The notes under the pieces are model-generated. The model was not told where the DNA came from, did not search any database, and saw only the letters and a list, made by a program, of their open reading frames with translations. The translations under genes and the position numbers were made by a program. From positions 72,621-136,620 of the forward strand of contig QIIW01000151.1 in NCBI GenBank assembly GCA_003231645.1: a stretch of 64,000 bases of DNA. Direction: 5' to 3'. Shown piece after piece: positions 34,976-44,634 of the stretch (positions are counted from its first letter, which is position 1; every line of letters starts with the position of its first letter). The DNA comes from Acidimicrobiia bacterium (GTDB taxonomy: Bacteria > Actinomycetota > Acidimicrobiia > Acidimicrobiales > Aldehydirespiratoraceae).

Positions 34976-36409
34976 GTGACCGACGAATTCCGAACCGCGG
35001 GGGATCGCCTCGGCACCCCCATCGAGGCCGCGCGCGGTTCGGGTCGCATCGAGCGGGCCTTCGGGAGTCGTGACTTCTTCTGGCTCTGGATCGCCCAGGT
35101 CATATCCGCGACGGGTGATTGGCTGGGCTTGCTGGCGATCATCTCCCTTTCGGCCAGGATCTCCACAGGGTCCGAAGGCACGGCCATCGCCATCGTGTTG
35201 GCGGCGAGAGTCGCGCCGGGTTTCTTCCTGGGTACCGCGGCCGGTGTCATCGTCGACCGCCTCAACCGCCGCCACGTGATGATCGCCTGTGACATCGGAC
35301 GAGCGATCGTGTTGGTCCTGTTGCCCTTCGCCAACTCACTCACCGGCCTGGTCGTGGCATCGTTCGCTCTGGAGATCATGACCATGTTGTGGTCGCCGGC
35401 GAAGGAGGCGGTGGTTCCGAACCTGGTTCCAAAATCGAAACTCACGACCGCAAATTCGCTCAACGTCGCAGCCGCCTACGGCATGTTCCCGGTGGCCGCC
35501 GGTGCGGCCGCCCTGTTGGCCAAGGCCTCGCAGGCTCTGCCGGCGCAAGGGTGGGTCGACACCTGGCGGCTCAACGCCGAAGGGTTGGCGTTCTACGTCG
35601 ACGGTCTGTCGTTTCTCCTCACGGGTTTCATCATCTGGCGAATATCGATTCCGACCCGATCGAAGGCCGAGAGGTCCGAGGGACGCATGGGTAGTTTCGA
35701 CCTGGGTGGAGCTTGGCGCGAGCTTCGTGAGGGCTGGGAGCTGATCGCGTCGAACCCGATAATCCGGTCGGTCAATATCGGCTTGGCCACGGGAGTGATC
35801 GGCGGCGGCATGCTGGTTCCGCTCGGTGCGATCTTCGTCACGCAGGTGATCTCGGGGACCGCCGCCGACTTCAATCTGGTGTTGTTCGCGCTCGGGCTGG
35901 GGATGGCTCTCGGTGTTTTCGCCGCCAGCGTGCTCCAGAACCGGATCAACCGTGCCCGAACTTTCCCGGCGGCGATTCTCGTTGCCGGTGGGGCTCTGTT
36001 CTTCGCCGCCTCCACCAGTTGGCTGTCGGTGCTGGTGCCGGCGGTCGGCGTACTCGGATTCGCGGCGGGCCCGATCTACGTTCTGGGTTTCACCCTGCTC
36101 CACGAGAATGTGGATGATGCCTTCCGCGGCCGAATTTTCTCGGCGCTGCTGGTGCTGGTTCGGCTCTGCATGCTGCTGGCGCTGGCTGTGGCCCCGATAG
36201 TGTCGGCGCTTCTCGACAGGCTGGCCAACAGGTGGTGGGGTGGTGTCGTGCATGTCATCGGATTCGAGATCATGACTCCGGGAGTGAGAATCACTCTGTG
36301 GCTCGCCTCGTTGATCATTCTTGGCGCCGGTCTTCTGGCCTCCGCGACCATCAAGGGCGGAACCGCCGGTGTTCAACTCACCTCTGGATTGCCGGAGGCC
36401 ACAGATTGA
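34976..36409 (+). CDS. MFS transporter
   Basis: About 477 aa with about 12 predicted TM segments. FFWLWIAQVISATGDWLGLLAI ... GVIVDRLNRR is typical of the enterobactin-exporter-like MFS group. GTG 34976 follows the topA stop. Confidence 0.8.
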   Translation: MTDEFRTAGDRLGTPIEAARGSGRIERAFGSRDFFWLWIAQVISATGDWLGLLAIISLSARISTGSEGTAIAIVLAARVAPGFFLGTAAGVIVDRLNRRHVMIACDIGRAIVLVLLPFANSLTGLVVASFALEIMTMLWSPAKEAVVPNLVPKSKLTTANSLNVAAAYGMFPVAAGAAALLAKASQALPAQGWVDTWRLNAEGLAFYVDGLSFLLTGFIIWRISIPTRSKAERSEGRMGSFDLGGAWRELREGWELIASNPIIRSVNIGLATGVIGGGMLVPLGAIFVTQVISGTAADFNLVLFALGLGMALGVFAASVLQNRINRARTFPAAILVAGGALFFAASTSWLSVLVPAVGVLGFAAGPIYVLGFTLLHENVDDAFRGRIFSALLVLVRLCMLLALAVAPIVSALLDRLANRWWGGVVHVIGFEIMTPGVRITLWLASLIILGAGLLASATIKGGTAGVQLTSGLPEATD

Positions 36410-37011
36410 TCGGGCGCCTGATCGCCTTCGAGGGAGCCGATGCATCCGGCAAGTCGACCCAGGCGGCAATGTTCGCGGCGTCGATCGGCGCCGATTTCAC
36501 GTTCCAGTTCGGCGCCACCCGGATCGGCAACGCCATACGTGACATCGTGCTGGACAACGCCCACCAGGAACTCGACGATCGGGCCGAGGCGTTGCTCATC
36601 ATTGCCGACAAGGCCCAGCACGTGTCGGAGTTGGTCGGGCCGGCGCTGGCCGTCGGTCGCACGGTAGTATCCGACCGTTTCACGGCATCGACCCTTGCCT
36701 ATCAGGGATACGGTCGGGGCCTCGATCTGGGGTTGCTGCGCTCGATGATGGATTTTGCCACCCACGGAATCCAGCCCGACCTCACGGTGCTGCTCGATGT
36801 CGACATCGAAGTGGCGTGGGCCCGACTCGGCGACGACACCGACCGGATCGAGGGGGCTGGAGCGGAGTTTCATCAACGGGTCCGCGACGGCTATCTGGAT
36901 CTGGCATCGGCCGACCCTTCGCGCTGGCTGGTGGTCGACGCGGACGGAACGGTCGAAGAAGTGGCCGATCGGGTGGCCGGCGGCTACCGCCGGTGGGCCA
37001 CGACGTCATGA
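36406..37011 (+). CDS. tmk: dTMP (thymidylate) kinase
   Basis: The P-loop is IAFEGADASGKSTQ. SDRFTASTLAYQGYGRGL follows. The TTG start overlaps the MFS stop. Confidence 0.85.
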   Translation: MIGRLIAFEGADASGKSTQAAMFAASIGADFTFQFGATRIGNAIRDIVLDNAHQELDDRAEALLIIADKAQHVSELVGPALAVGRTVVSDRFTASTLAYQGYGRGLDLGLLRSMMDFATHGIQPDLTVLLDVDIEVAWARLGDDTDRIEGAGAEFHQRVRDGYLDLASADPSRWLVVDADGTVEEVADRVAGGYRRWATTS

Positions 37012-38072
37012 CCGGTATCGACACCCCGGTGGATCCGTGGGCGGCGATCATCGGCCAACCGGACGTGGTCAGGAGCCTGAGCGCGGCCGCGGCAACTCCG
37101 GTTCACGCCTATCTGTTCCTGGGGCCGGCCGGCACCGGCAAACTTGCGGCCGCCGGGGTGTTCGCCGGCGAACTCCTCGCGCGGTCCGATCCCGAGAAGG
37201 CCCAACGTCATCGTTCGCTGGCCGCCCGACTGGCTCACCCCGATGTGAGGGTCGTGACCCCCACCGGAAGCGTCTTCCGGATCGAGGAGAGCAGACAGCT
37301 CGTGATAGAGGCCAGCCGTTCGCCGATCGAGGGGCGACGCAAGATCGTGATCGCCGAACGGTTCCACGATGCCAACGCCAACGCCATGCCGGTGCTGTTG
37401 AAAGTGACCGAGGAACCACCCGAGAGCACGATCTTCGTGTTCCTGGCCGATCGTCTGCAACCCGAGCAGGTCACCGTGGCGTCGAGATGCACCACCATCG
37501 AGTTCCGGGGGATCCCCGAGGCTTCGATCACCGAAGCGCTCCTGGCCGAGGGCATCGATCGGGCCTTTGCGGTGCGGGCCGCCGAAGCCGCCGGTGGGAG
37601 CCTCGAACGTGCTCGTCTCCTGTCGACCGACGAGCAACTGATGACCCGTCGCGACGCATGGTGGTCGATACCCGATCGTCTCGATGGCACCGGCGCGGCG
37701 GTGGCGGTGGTGGTCGAGGAACTCCGGTCGATGATCGACGATTCGATGTCGGCGCTCAAGCGGATCCATGAGAGTGAGCTCGAGGCGCTCGCCGAACACG
37801 AGCAGCAGTACGGGACCCGCGGGTCGGGCCGCGGCGACTTGGAGGCCCACCACAGACGGGTCGAACGCAGACATCGCAACGACGAACTCGTTTTCGGTTT
37901 CTCGACGCTCGCCCGCCGATACCGGGATTCGCTCGTCGAGGCGGATCCGGCGACCACGCGCCGAATCTTCGAGGCTGTCGACCGGCTGGGGGTGGCCACC
38001 GAAGCGCTCGAGCGGAGCCCGATCGAGTCGCTTCTGCTCCAGGCACTCCTGCTCGACATGCCACACGCCTGA
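37008..38072 (+). CDS. holB: DNA polymerase III delta' subunit
   Basis: HAYLFLGPAGTGKLAAA ... LLKVTEEPPESTIFVFLA ... ASRC. ATGA overlap with tmk. Confidence 0.8.
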   Translation: MTGIDTPVDPWAAIIGQPDVVRSLSAAAATPVHAYLFLGPAGTGKLAAAGVFAGELLARSDPEKAQRHRSLAARLAHPDVRVVTPTGSVFRIEESRQLVIEASRSPIEGRRKIVIAERFHDANANAMPVLLKVTEEPPESTIFVFLADRLQPEQVTVASRCTTIEFRGIPEASITEALLAEGIDRAFAVRAAEAAGGSLERARLLSTDEQLMTRRDAWWSIPDRLDGTGAAVAVVVEELRSMIDDSMSALKRIHESELEALAEHEQQYGTRGSGRGDLEAHHRRVERRHRNDELVFGFSTLARRYRDSLVEADPATTRRIFEAVDRLGVATEALERSPIESLLLQALLLDMPHA

Positions 38073-38113
38073 GGGAGCTGTCGCCCCACTCGTCGCGCCG
38101 ACCCAGGTCGGTA

Positions 38114-39013
38114 TCAGTCAGTGGCGTCCGCCAAGCGGGTGATCGCGAACCAGAGCGGCAGCGCCACCAGGAACAACGCTCCGAGGATGTTGCCCAGGGC
38201 GGCGGGAATCAGGCTCCAGCTGAACGCCGGACCCCATCCGGGGCCGTAGCCGGCGTGTTCGGCGAGTGAGAAGTAGCCCATGTTGGCCGGGCTGTGGAGG
38301 AAACCGCCGGCGACGAAGAGGCTCACCGTGAGGAAGATGGGAATGAACTTGCCGATGATCGACCGACCCATCACCGAGAGAAAGGCGGCGATCCCGACCA
38401 GCCAGTTGGCGATGGCACCCGACAGCACCGCCTTGGACCAGCCGTCGGTTCCGCCAACCTCACGGAACCGCATCTTCGCCGCCACGATCTCCTTGAGCTG
38501 TTGATCGAAGTCGGAGCTGAAGCTCGACACATGGACCATCGCCCAGCCCATGATGAACGCTCCGATCATGTTGCCGAGGGCGGCAAGACCCCACAGCTTG
38601 GCGACCTCTCGGCCCAGCGCCCGCGTGTCGCCCCCCAACAGGGTGGCCGGCATCTCGACGTTTATCTCGGTGAACAGAAGTGAGCCGGTGAGAATCACGA
38701 GAAAGAACCCGGTGGAGAATCCGAATCCTTCCAGCAGCTTCTTGGTGCCCGCCGTGGTGGCGCCTTCGGCCAGCAACACCGAGAACAGGGCTCCGGCGGT
38801 GATGAACGCCCCGGCGATGATCGACAGCACCAGCACCTGGGTGGTGGACATCGAACTGACGCGTCGCGAACCGACCTCCGCCATCTCCAGAAGGACCTTT
38901 TCCGGGGGCAGATACTGCGTGGGAGGAAGGTCGCCCAGTGGAGATGAGGTCTTGTCGTCGCTGATCACGCCAAACCATACCGATCGCCGGTGGCCCGGTT
39001 CGCGGACCGGCAT
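38114..39013 (-). CDS. formate/nitrite transporter (FNT) family channel
   Basis: LSIIAGAFITAGALFS ... GFGFSTGFFLVILTGSLLFTEIN ... NWLVGIAAFL ... HSPANM are FNT-family blocks. Confidence 0.8.
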   Translation of the reverse strand: MPVREPGHRRSVWFGVISDDKTSSPLGDLPPTQYLPPEKVLLEMAEVGSRRVSSMSTTQVLVLSIIAGAFITAGALFSVLLAEGATTAGTKKLLEGFGFSTGFFLVILTGSLLFTEINVEMPATLLGGDTRALGREVAKLWGLAALGNMIGAFIMGWAMVHVSSFSSDFDQQLKEIVAAKMRFREVGGTDGWSKAVLSGAIANWLVGIAAFLSVMGRSIIGKFIPIFLTVSLFVAGGFLHSPANMGYFSLAEHAGYGPGWGPAFSWSLIPAALGNILGALFLVALPLWFAITRLADATD

Positions 39014-39081
39014 GTGGAGTACGCCGGCCGGGCCGTGGCAAAGAGGATCCCCCGACGCGTTTTGGTACCTTCACGGGTCCC

Positions 39082-39154
39082 GCCCGAGTAGCTCAGTTGG
39101 TAGAGCGACGCTCTCGTAAAGCGTAGGTCAGGAGTTCAACTCTCCTCTCGGGCT
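39082..39154 (+). tRNA. tRNA-Thr (anticodon CGU)
   Basis: Cloverleaf: GCCCGAG / GCTC-AGTTGGTA-GAGC / ACGCT-CTCGTAA-AGCGT / AGGAG-TTCAACT-CTCCT / CTCGGGC. Confidence 0.9.
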
Positions 39155-39188
39155 CCGAGCTGGGCTTCGATCGGGAAACGGAGGTTGC

Positions 39189-39869
39189 GTGGCCGACCAA
39201 CAGAGTTTTGCCGACGACGCCATGCCCCTGATGTCATCGCTCTACTCGGGTGCGCTCCGCATGACCCGGAACCCGGCCGACGCCGAGGACCTGGTGCAAG
39301 AGACCTACCTGAAGGCCTACCGCGCCTACGACCGCTTCGAGGCCGGCACCAATCTCAAGGCGTGGATGTATCGCATCCTCACCAACACGTTCATCAACTC
39401 CTACCGCAAGAAGCAGCGACGCCCGACCGAGACCGAGTTCGATGCCGACGATCTCTACCTCTACCACCGTCTCGGCGGGGCCGAGGGAGCCACCATGAAC
39501 CGCAGCGCCGAGGACGAACTCCTCGACCTGTTCGGAGAGGCCGAGGTCAAGGACGCGGTGGAGAGCCTGGCCGACCACTACCGGATACCGGTGCTGCTTG
39601 CCGATGTCGAGGGATTCTCCTACAAGGAGATCGCCGAGATCCTCGATGTGCCGATCGGCACGGTGATGAGTCGGCTCCACCGGGGAAGAAAGCAACTTCA
39701 GAAGCGGTTGTACGACTTCGCGGAGGCTCGTCGGCTACTACCCGACCCTCCTTCGCCGGTGACGGCTGCTGCCTCCACGGCTGCCGCCACATTCGCCGCC
39801 GCCCCATCGACCGCAGCCCCATCGACCGAAGCCCCATCGACCGAAGCCGAATCCGATCATGAGATCTGA
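39189..39869 (+). CDS. sigH: ECF sigma factor, SigH/SigR-like, with Ala/Pro/Ser/Thr-rich C-terminal extension
   Basis: [39 protein letters not shown] ... [39 protein letters not shown] precedes the GTG start. Confidence 0.85.
   Translation: MADQQSFADDAMPLMSSLYSGALRMTRNPADAEDLVQETYLKAYRAYDRFEAGTNLKAWMYRILTNTFINSYRKKQRRPTETEFDADDLYLYHRLGGAEGATMNRSAEDELLDLFGEAEVKDAVESLADHYRIPVLLADVEGFSYKEIAEILDVPIGTVMSRLHRGRKQLQKRLYDFAEARRLLPDPPSPVTAAASTAAATFAAAPSTAAPSTEAPSTEAESDHEI
39801..39845 (+). repeat. 3 x 15-nt tandem repeat (GCCCCATCGACCG[C/A]A) encoding (APSTx)3 in the SigH tail
   Basis: Read directly from the sequence at 39801-39815, 39816-39830 and 39831-39845. Confidence 0.9.
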
Positions 39870-39870
39870 C

Positions 39871-40167
39871 ATGGAAGAACCCTGCGATCCTCGATCAGGC
39901 TCGTGCGGCGATGCCCTCCAGGATTTGTTCGTCTACCTCGACGGCCAGCTCACAGTGGAGCGCCGCCTGGTCATCACGAGCCATCTCGATCGTTGCTCGC
40001 CTTGCTTCGAGAGGTTTTCCTTCGAGATCGAGCTACGGCAGGTGGTCGCGCAACGTTGCCGCGACACCGTCCCCGAGTCGCTGCGGATGAGAATAGCGGA
40101 AGCAATCGGCTGCGATCCCGGAGCCGGGCTCGGCCCATGCCGTGGTGATGACCCGTCGGCAATGTGA
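39871..40167 (+). CDS. rshA: zinc-binding anti-sigma factor (RsrA/RshA-type ZAS)
   Basis: MEEPC ... SC ... SHLDRCSPCFERF contains the HxxxCxxC ZAS motif. It lies directly after sigH. An alternative start at ATG 39859 would overlap sigH. Confidence 0.85.
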   Translation: MEEPCDPRSGSCGDALQDLFVYLDGQLTVERRLVITSHLDRCSPCFERFSFEIELRQVVAQRCRDTVPESLRMRIAEAIGCDPGAGLGPCRGDDPSAM

Positions 40168-40263
40168 TGGTCTTCGGGGGTCGGCGGCCGAGCTGAATGT
40201 CGGTTCGACCACACTTGAGGTTGGGGTGGAACTAAACCCCGCCCCGGTGTGGTTCTCTGGGCC

Positions 40264-40446
40264 ATGCGGGTCATAGGGGAGAGATTCACCAGCACCGACC
40301 GTCAGAGAGCCCCGGCGACCGCGGGTCGGGTGTGTCACGAGTCCGAGTGCTGCACGGTGTTGAGCATCTACAACGACATGGAGTTCTGTAGTCTCCACGC
40401 TCCCATGGTCGTGCCCCGGATGAGAGGCAAGGTTCTCGACGACTGA
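40264..40446 (+). CDS. small Cys/His-rich hypothetical protein (possible zinc ribbon)
   Basis: 60 aa. The pattern CHESECC-x11-C-x2-H is present. The ORF opens at GTG 40249 and ATG 40264 is the alternative start. Confidence 0.4.
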   Translation: MRVIGERFTSTDRQRAPATAGRVCHESECCTVLSIYNDMEFCSLHAPMVVPRMRGKVLDD

Positions 40447-40458
40447 ACGGGCGCCGGG

Positions 40459-40632
40459 GTGAGTGCCGTCGTCGTCCGGTGGACGTCTACACTCTCGGTC
40501 ATGGCCATTCTCGCCGTCGCCTGGTACTACTGGATCGCCGTGTCGCTCACTGTCGTGTCGATAGTTGCGGTCCTGGGCACCATCGGCGGCTGTCTGGCCA
40601 AGGTCACCCACAGCCGTTACCCGCGCGACTGA
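40459..40632 (+). CDS. small two-TM membrane protein, hypothetical
   Basis: 57 codons from GTG 40459: VSAVVVRWTSTLSVMAILAVAWYYWIAVSLTVVSIVAVLGTIGGCLAKV... GC3 is high. It is below the ORF-track length cutoff. Confidence 0.3.
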   Translation: MSAVVVRWTSTLSVMAILAVAWYYWIAVSLTVVSIVAVLGTIGGCLAKVTHSRYPRD

Positions 40633-40642
40633 GCAGCGTCCT

Positions 40643-41713
40643 TTGTCAGGCAACGCAGTCGATTGGGAAGTAGCCCGCAAGGTTGCCGAGCGCTTCGGTG
40701 GCAGGGAGCCCTTTGCCCACGCCGTTCATCGCGACGGTCTCGACGAGGATTTTGCCGAGTTCACCGCCCAGGCCGAGGACCTCGTGGCCGACTGCACCGG
40801 TCTTCGGTCGATGACTGGCAATGCCCGCGGCCGAGTCACCAGCCGGGCTGGATGGGTCGACGCCAACCTGGCCTCGTTCCAGCGGCTGCTGCGTCCCATC
40901 ACCGAAAAACTCAGCACCAAGTTGGACAAGGCATCGCTGGGTGTGGGCAGCAAGATCGCCGGCGCCGAACTCGGGATGATGCTCGGGTGGATGTCCACAA
41001 GGGTCCTCGGACAATACGACCTGCTGGTGATCGAGGACGACAAGCCCGACGAACAGGACATCGTCTACTACGTGGCACCCAATGTGTTGTCGCTCGAACG
41101 CCGCTACGCGTTCCCGCGACGCGAGTTTCGACTCTGGCTGGCGTTGCACGAGGTGACCCACCGGGCCCAGTTCACCGGTGTGCCCTGGATGCGTCAGCAT
41201 TTTCTCGGCTTGGTCGAGTCCACCATCGACAGCATCGACCCTGATCCGAAGCGGTTCGTGGCCGCGTTGCAACGGCTGCTCGAAGCCCGACGGCGCGGCG
41301 AGGACCCAATGGATCAGGGCGGAATGATGGCGTTGTTCGCTTCCGACGAGCAGCTCGAGGTGATCAACCGGATAGCCGGTCTCATGAGCCTGCTCGAAGG
41401 CCACGGTGACATCACGATGGACCGTGCCGGTAAGGACCTGGTGCCCTCAGCCGACCGGTTCGCGCGGGTGCTGCGACAGCGTCGACAGAGCTCGGGTGGC
41501 TTCACCAGGATGTTCCAGCGACTGGTCGGGTTCGACGCAAAAATCAAGCAGTACGCCGAGGGTGAGCACTTCATCGACGTGGTCGAGGACCACGGAGGTG
41601 CCGCACTGTTCGATCGTGCGTGGGAGTCGCCCGACAACATCCCGTCGATCGACGAGATCCGCAACCCGAAACTGTGGATCGCCAGAGTCGGTTCGCCCGA
41701 CTCTGCCACCTGA
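40643..41713 (+). CDS. zinc-dependent metalloprotease-like protein (DUF2342-type, HExxH)
   Basis: IDWEVARKVAERF ... LWLALHEVTHRAQFTGVPWMRQHF. I recall this as the conserved actinobacterial neighbour of tilS-hpt. The start is uncertain (TTG 40643 or TTG 40565). Confidence 0.7.
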   Translation: MSGNAVDWEVARKVAERFGGREPFAHAVHRDGLDEDFAEFTAQAEDLVADCTGLRSMTGNARGRVTSRAGWVDANLASFQRLLRPITEKLSTKLDKASLGVGSKIAGAELGMMLGWMSTRVLGQYDLLVIEDDKPDEQDIVYYVAPNVLSLERRYAFPRREFRLWLALHEVTHRAQFTGVPWMRQHFLGLVESTIDSIDPDPKRFVAALQRLLEARRRGEDPMDQGGMMALFASDEQLEVINRIAGLMSLLEGHGDITMDRAGKDLVPSADRFARVLRQRRQSSGGFTRMFQRLVGFDAKIKQYAEGEHFIDVVEDHGGAALFDRAWESPDNIPSIDEIRNPKLWIARVGSPDSAT

Positions 41714-41724
41714 CGGTCAGGGTG

Positions 41725-42630
41725 ATGCAACTGGATTCGCTGGTGCGGCGCTGCCGGTTCCCGGACTCCGACGGACCCTTGGCGCTGGGCGTGAGCGGTG
41801 GTGTCGACAGCACGGCAATGGCGATGCTCGCGGTCGAGGCCGGCCGCCCGGTCGTCCTGTGGCATGTCGACCATGGCTTGCGGCCGCAGGCTTCCGCCTA
41901 TGTCGAGGCTGTCACGAACCTGGCCGAGCGTCTGGGAGCGTCGCTGGAGGTGCGTTGCGTCGAAATCGCCGAGGGCGCCGACCTCGAGGCCCGGGCACGC
42001 CGCGCCCGCTACTCGGTGCTGCCCGACGATGTGTGCGTGGCCCACACCGCCGATGACCGGGCCGAGACCATCCTGTTCAACCTGTTCCGGGGCGGGGGCC
42101 TCGCCGGGGTGGCGGCCCCGTTCGATCGCGTCCACCGGCCTCTGATCGAGCTGAGACGGTCCGAGACGATCCAGGTCTGCAATCACTTCGGCGTGGCGGT
42201 CACGTCCGATCCGATGAACGACGACGAGGCGTTCACGCGGGTGGCCCTCCGGCGCCGACTCATGCCGCTGGCCGCCGAGATATTCGGGCGGGATCCCGTG
42301 CCGTTGCTAAACCGTCACGCCGATACGGTCGCCGATGCGCTGACGGTGATCCGGAGTTCGGCGGCGATGATCGACCCGACCGACGCCGTGGCCCTGTGCG
42401 AGGCCCCCGTGGCCCTGGCCAGCGAGGCGCTCAGGCGCTGGATCCGCGATGAGACCGGGTCCGACTGCTCGGTCGATCTGGCCTCGATCCGGCGTGTCAT
42501 GGCCGTGGCCCGCGGCGAGGCGGTGGCGGCCGAGGTGGTGGGTGGCCGCCGTGTCGCCCGCACCGCCGGCCGACTCAGGGTCGAGCCGCCCGAAGCCGTG
42601 GCAATCGACCCGGCTATGGTCGAGGAATGA
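41725..42630 (+). CDS. tilS: tRNA(Ile)-lysidine synthase
   Basis: The PP-loop is LALGVSGGVDSTAM. HVDHGLR and AHTADDRAETILFNL follow. Confidence 0.85.
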   Translation: MQLDSLVRRCRFPDSDGPLALGVSGGVDSTAMAMLAVEAGRPVVLWHVDHGLRPQASAYVEAVTNLAERLGASLEVRCVEIAEGADLEARARRARYSVLPDDVCVAHTADDRAETILFNLFRGGGLAGVAAPFDRVHRPLIELRRSETIQVCNHFGVAVTSDPMNDDEAFTRVALRRRLMPLAAEIFGRDPVPLLNRHADTVADALTVIRSSAAMIDPTDAVALCEAPVALASEALRRWIRDETGSDCSVDLASIRRVMAVARGEAVAAEVVGGRRVARTAGRLRVEPPEAVAIDPAMVEE

Positions 42631-43169
42631 TTTCAACCGCCCCCGCCGGGCGTATCGGCCGCGAGGTCATCAGTGCCGAGAGACTCGCCGCCCGTGTGCA
42701 GGAGATGGGCCGGCAGATCACCCTCGACTACCAGGGGCGCCCGCCGCTGATGGTGGGCGTCCTCAAGGGTGCCTACATCTTCATGAGCGATCTCGCCCGT
42801 GCCATCAGGCTGCCGGTCGAGTTCGACTTCATGGCGGTGTCGTCCTACGGAGCGTCCACCGAGTCGAGCGGGGTGGTCAGAATCGTGAAGGATCTCGAGA
42901 CCGACATCGCGGGTCGTGACGTTCTGCTGGTCGAGGACATCGTCGACTCCGGCCTCACCCTCCGATATCTGCGCCGACTCCTGAGCGACCGTGACCCGTT
43001 GAGCCTCGAGGTCTGTGCACTGCTGGTGCGCGAGGGGGCCAAGGCCGACGATGTCAGGTACACGGGTTTTTCCATCCCACCTGATTTCGTCGTCGGCTAT
43101 GGCCTGGACGTGGCTCAGCACTACCGCGAACAGCGGGGCATCATGGTCTTCGAGCCGGCCGAGGACTGA
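42627..43169 (+). CDS. hpt: hypoxanthine phosphoribosyltransferase
   Basis: LMVGVLKGAYIFMSDL ... the PRPP loop VLLVEDIVDSGLTL ... FVVGYGLD. ATGA overlap with tilS. Confidence 0.9.
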   Translation: MISTAPAGRIGREVISAERLAARVQEMGRQITLDYQGRPPLMVGVLKGAYIFMSDLARAIRLPVEFDFMAVSSYGASTESSGVVRIVKDLETDIAGRDVLLVEDIVDSGLTLRYLRRLLSDRDPLSLEVCALLVREGAKADDVRYTGFSIPPDFVVGYGLDVAQHYREQRGIMVFEPAED

Positions 43170-43225
43170 GCCGCCGTATCGCGATCGGCTCCGCCCGGGA
43201 GGCGAGTCACCGATAGGGTCGCCGC

Positions 43226-43840
43226 GTGACAATCTCCGAGTCCAGGCCGCTCATACCGGGTGTTCATGCTCCCGAGGTCGACATCGCGAGGATAACCGCC
43301 GCGGTCCGCGAGATTCTCTTTGCCATGGGCGAGGACCCCGATCGTGAAGGCCTGCTCGACACACCCCAGCGGGTCGCACGCATGTATGCCGAGATCTGTT
43401 CGGGCCTTCACGAGAATCCGGTCGATCACCTCGCCACCACGTTCGAGGCCGGTCATGAAGAGCTGGTGATGGTACGCGACATATCCGTCTACTCGCTCTG
43501 TGAGCATCATCTGATCCCGTTCTTCGGTGTCGCCCACGTCGCCTACATCCCCAACGAGTCGGGGCGGGTCACCGGCCTGTCGAAACTGGCGCGGCTCGTC
43601 GACGGCTACGCGAAACGGCCACAGGTACAGGAGCGGCTCACCCGTCAGGTCGCCGACGCGGTGGAGGCGTCTCTCGCCCCGCGCGGGGTCATGGTGGTGA
43701 TCGAGGCCGAGCACCTCTGCATGTCGATGCGCGGTGTGCACAAGCCCGGCGCCACGACGGTCACCTCCTCGGTCACCGGAATCTTCCGCGACAACGAAGC
43801 CACCCGCATGGAGGCGATGCGGTTCATCGGGCGAGGCTGA
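43226..43840 (+). CDS. folE: GTP cyclohydrolase I
   Basis: [19 protein letters not shown] ... [12 protein letters not shown] ... RPQVQERLT ... HLCMSMRGV. Confidence 0.9.
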   Translation: MTISESRPLIPGVHAPEVDIARITAAVREILFAMGEDPDREGLLDTPQRVARMYAEICSGLHENPVDHLATTFEAGHEELVMVRDISVYSLCEHHLIPFFGVAHVAYIPNESGRVTGLSKLARLVDGYAKRPQVQERLTRQVADAVEASLAPRGVMVVIEAEHLCMSMRGVHKPGATTVTSSVTGIFRDNEATRMEAMRFIGRG

Positions 43841-43851
43841 CGGGCCACCCG

Positions 43852-44634
43852 ATGCGCACCAAGGTGATGGGAATCGTCAATGTGACACCCGATTCGTTCT
43901 CCGACGGTGGCCGGTGGCTCGGGACCACCGCCGCGGTCGGCCGGGTCGGCCGCTTGGTCGACGAGGGCGCCGATGTCATCGACATCGGCGGTGAGAGCAC
44001 CCGGCCCGGGGCCACTGCTGTGCATGTCGACACCGAGCTCTCACGGGTTGTGCCGGTGATCGAGGAAGCGGCACGGCGATGGCCGGACCTCGAGATCTCG
44101 ATCGACACCACCAAGCCGGCCGTGGCGGCGGCGGCGGTCCGGGCCGGGGCCGGCATCCTCAACGATGTGTCGGGTTCGCTCGAGGACGTGGCCGCTGATC
44201 TCGGGGTCGGCTGGATTGCGATGCACGCCCTTGGTCCGAGCTCCAGCATGCAGGACGATCCCGTCTACGACGATGTCGTGGCCCAGGTGTCCCAGTTCCT
44301 GGCCGAGGCGGCGGCGAGGGGCAGCCGGGCCGGGGTCAAGCGGATCTGGGTCGACCCGGGCATCGGGTTCGGCAAGACCACCGATCACAACCTCGATCTC
44401 GTCGCCAATCTCGACCGGTTCACGTCGATCGCCCCGGTGCTGGTCGGGATGAGCCGCAAACACACGATCGGCGAACTTCACGCCGCCAGCGACGGCACTC
44501 AGTCGGTCGGTACCGATGATCGACTCGAAGGGTCGGTCGCGATGGCTGCCTGGTCGGCACATATGGGCGCCGACATGGTACGAGTGCACGATGTGCGGGC
44601 TACGGTCGACGCTGTGCGAATGGTGGTGTCATGA
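43852..44634 (+). CDS. folP: dihydropteroate synthase
   Basis: MGIVNVTPDSFSDGG ... DIGGESTRPG ... ISIDT ... NDVSG ... DPGIGFGKT ... SRK. Confidence 0.9.
   Translation: MRTKVMGIVNVTPDSFSDGGRWLGTTAAVGRVGRLVDEGADVIDIGGESTRPGATAVHVDTELSRVVPVIEEAARRWPDLEISIDTTKPAVAAAAVRAGAGILNDVSGSLEDVAADLGVGWIAMHALGPSSSMQDDPVYDDVVAQVSQFLAEAAARGSRAGVKRIWVDPGIGFGKTTDHNLDLVANLDRFTSIAPVLVGMSRKHTIGELHAASDGTQSVGTDDRLEGSVAMAAWSAHMGADMVRVHDVRATVDAVRMVVS

Noticed and set aside
38097-38112. Hairpin GCCGAC-CCAG-GTCGGT between convergent holB and the FNT gene.
   Set aside because: It has only a 5-6-bp stem with no U-tract. It is plausible as a bidirectional terminator, but it is indistinguishable from background hairpins in GC-rich DNA.
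43170-43225. Possible riboswitch (THF or ZTP type) in the hpt-folE spacer.
   Set aside because: Only a simple nested hairpin is visible (ATCGG[CTCCGCC-cggga-GGCGAG]tcaCCGAT). The spacer is 56 nt, and I cannot match the conserved cores of those riboswitches as I recall them. It is more likely an hpt terminator or attenuator stem. A cmsearch would settle it.
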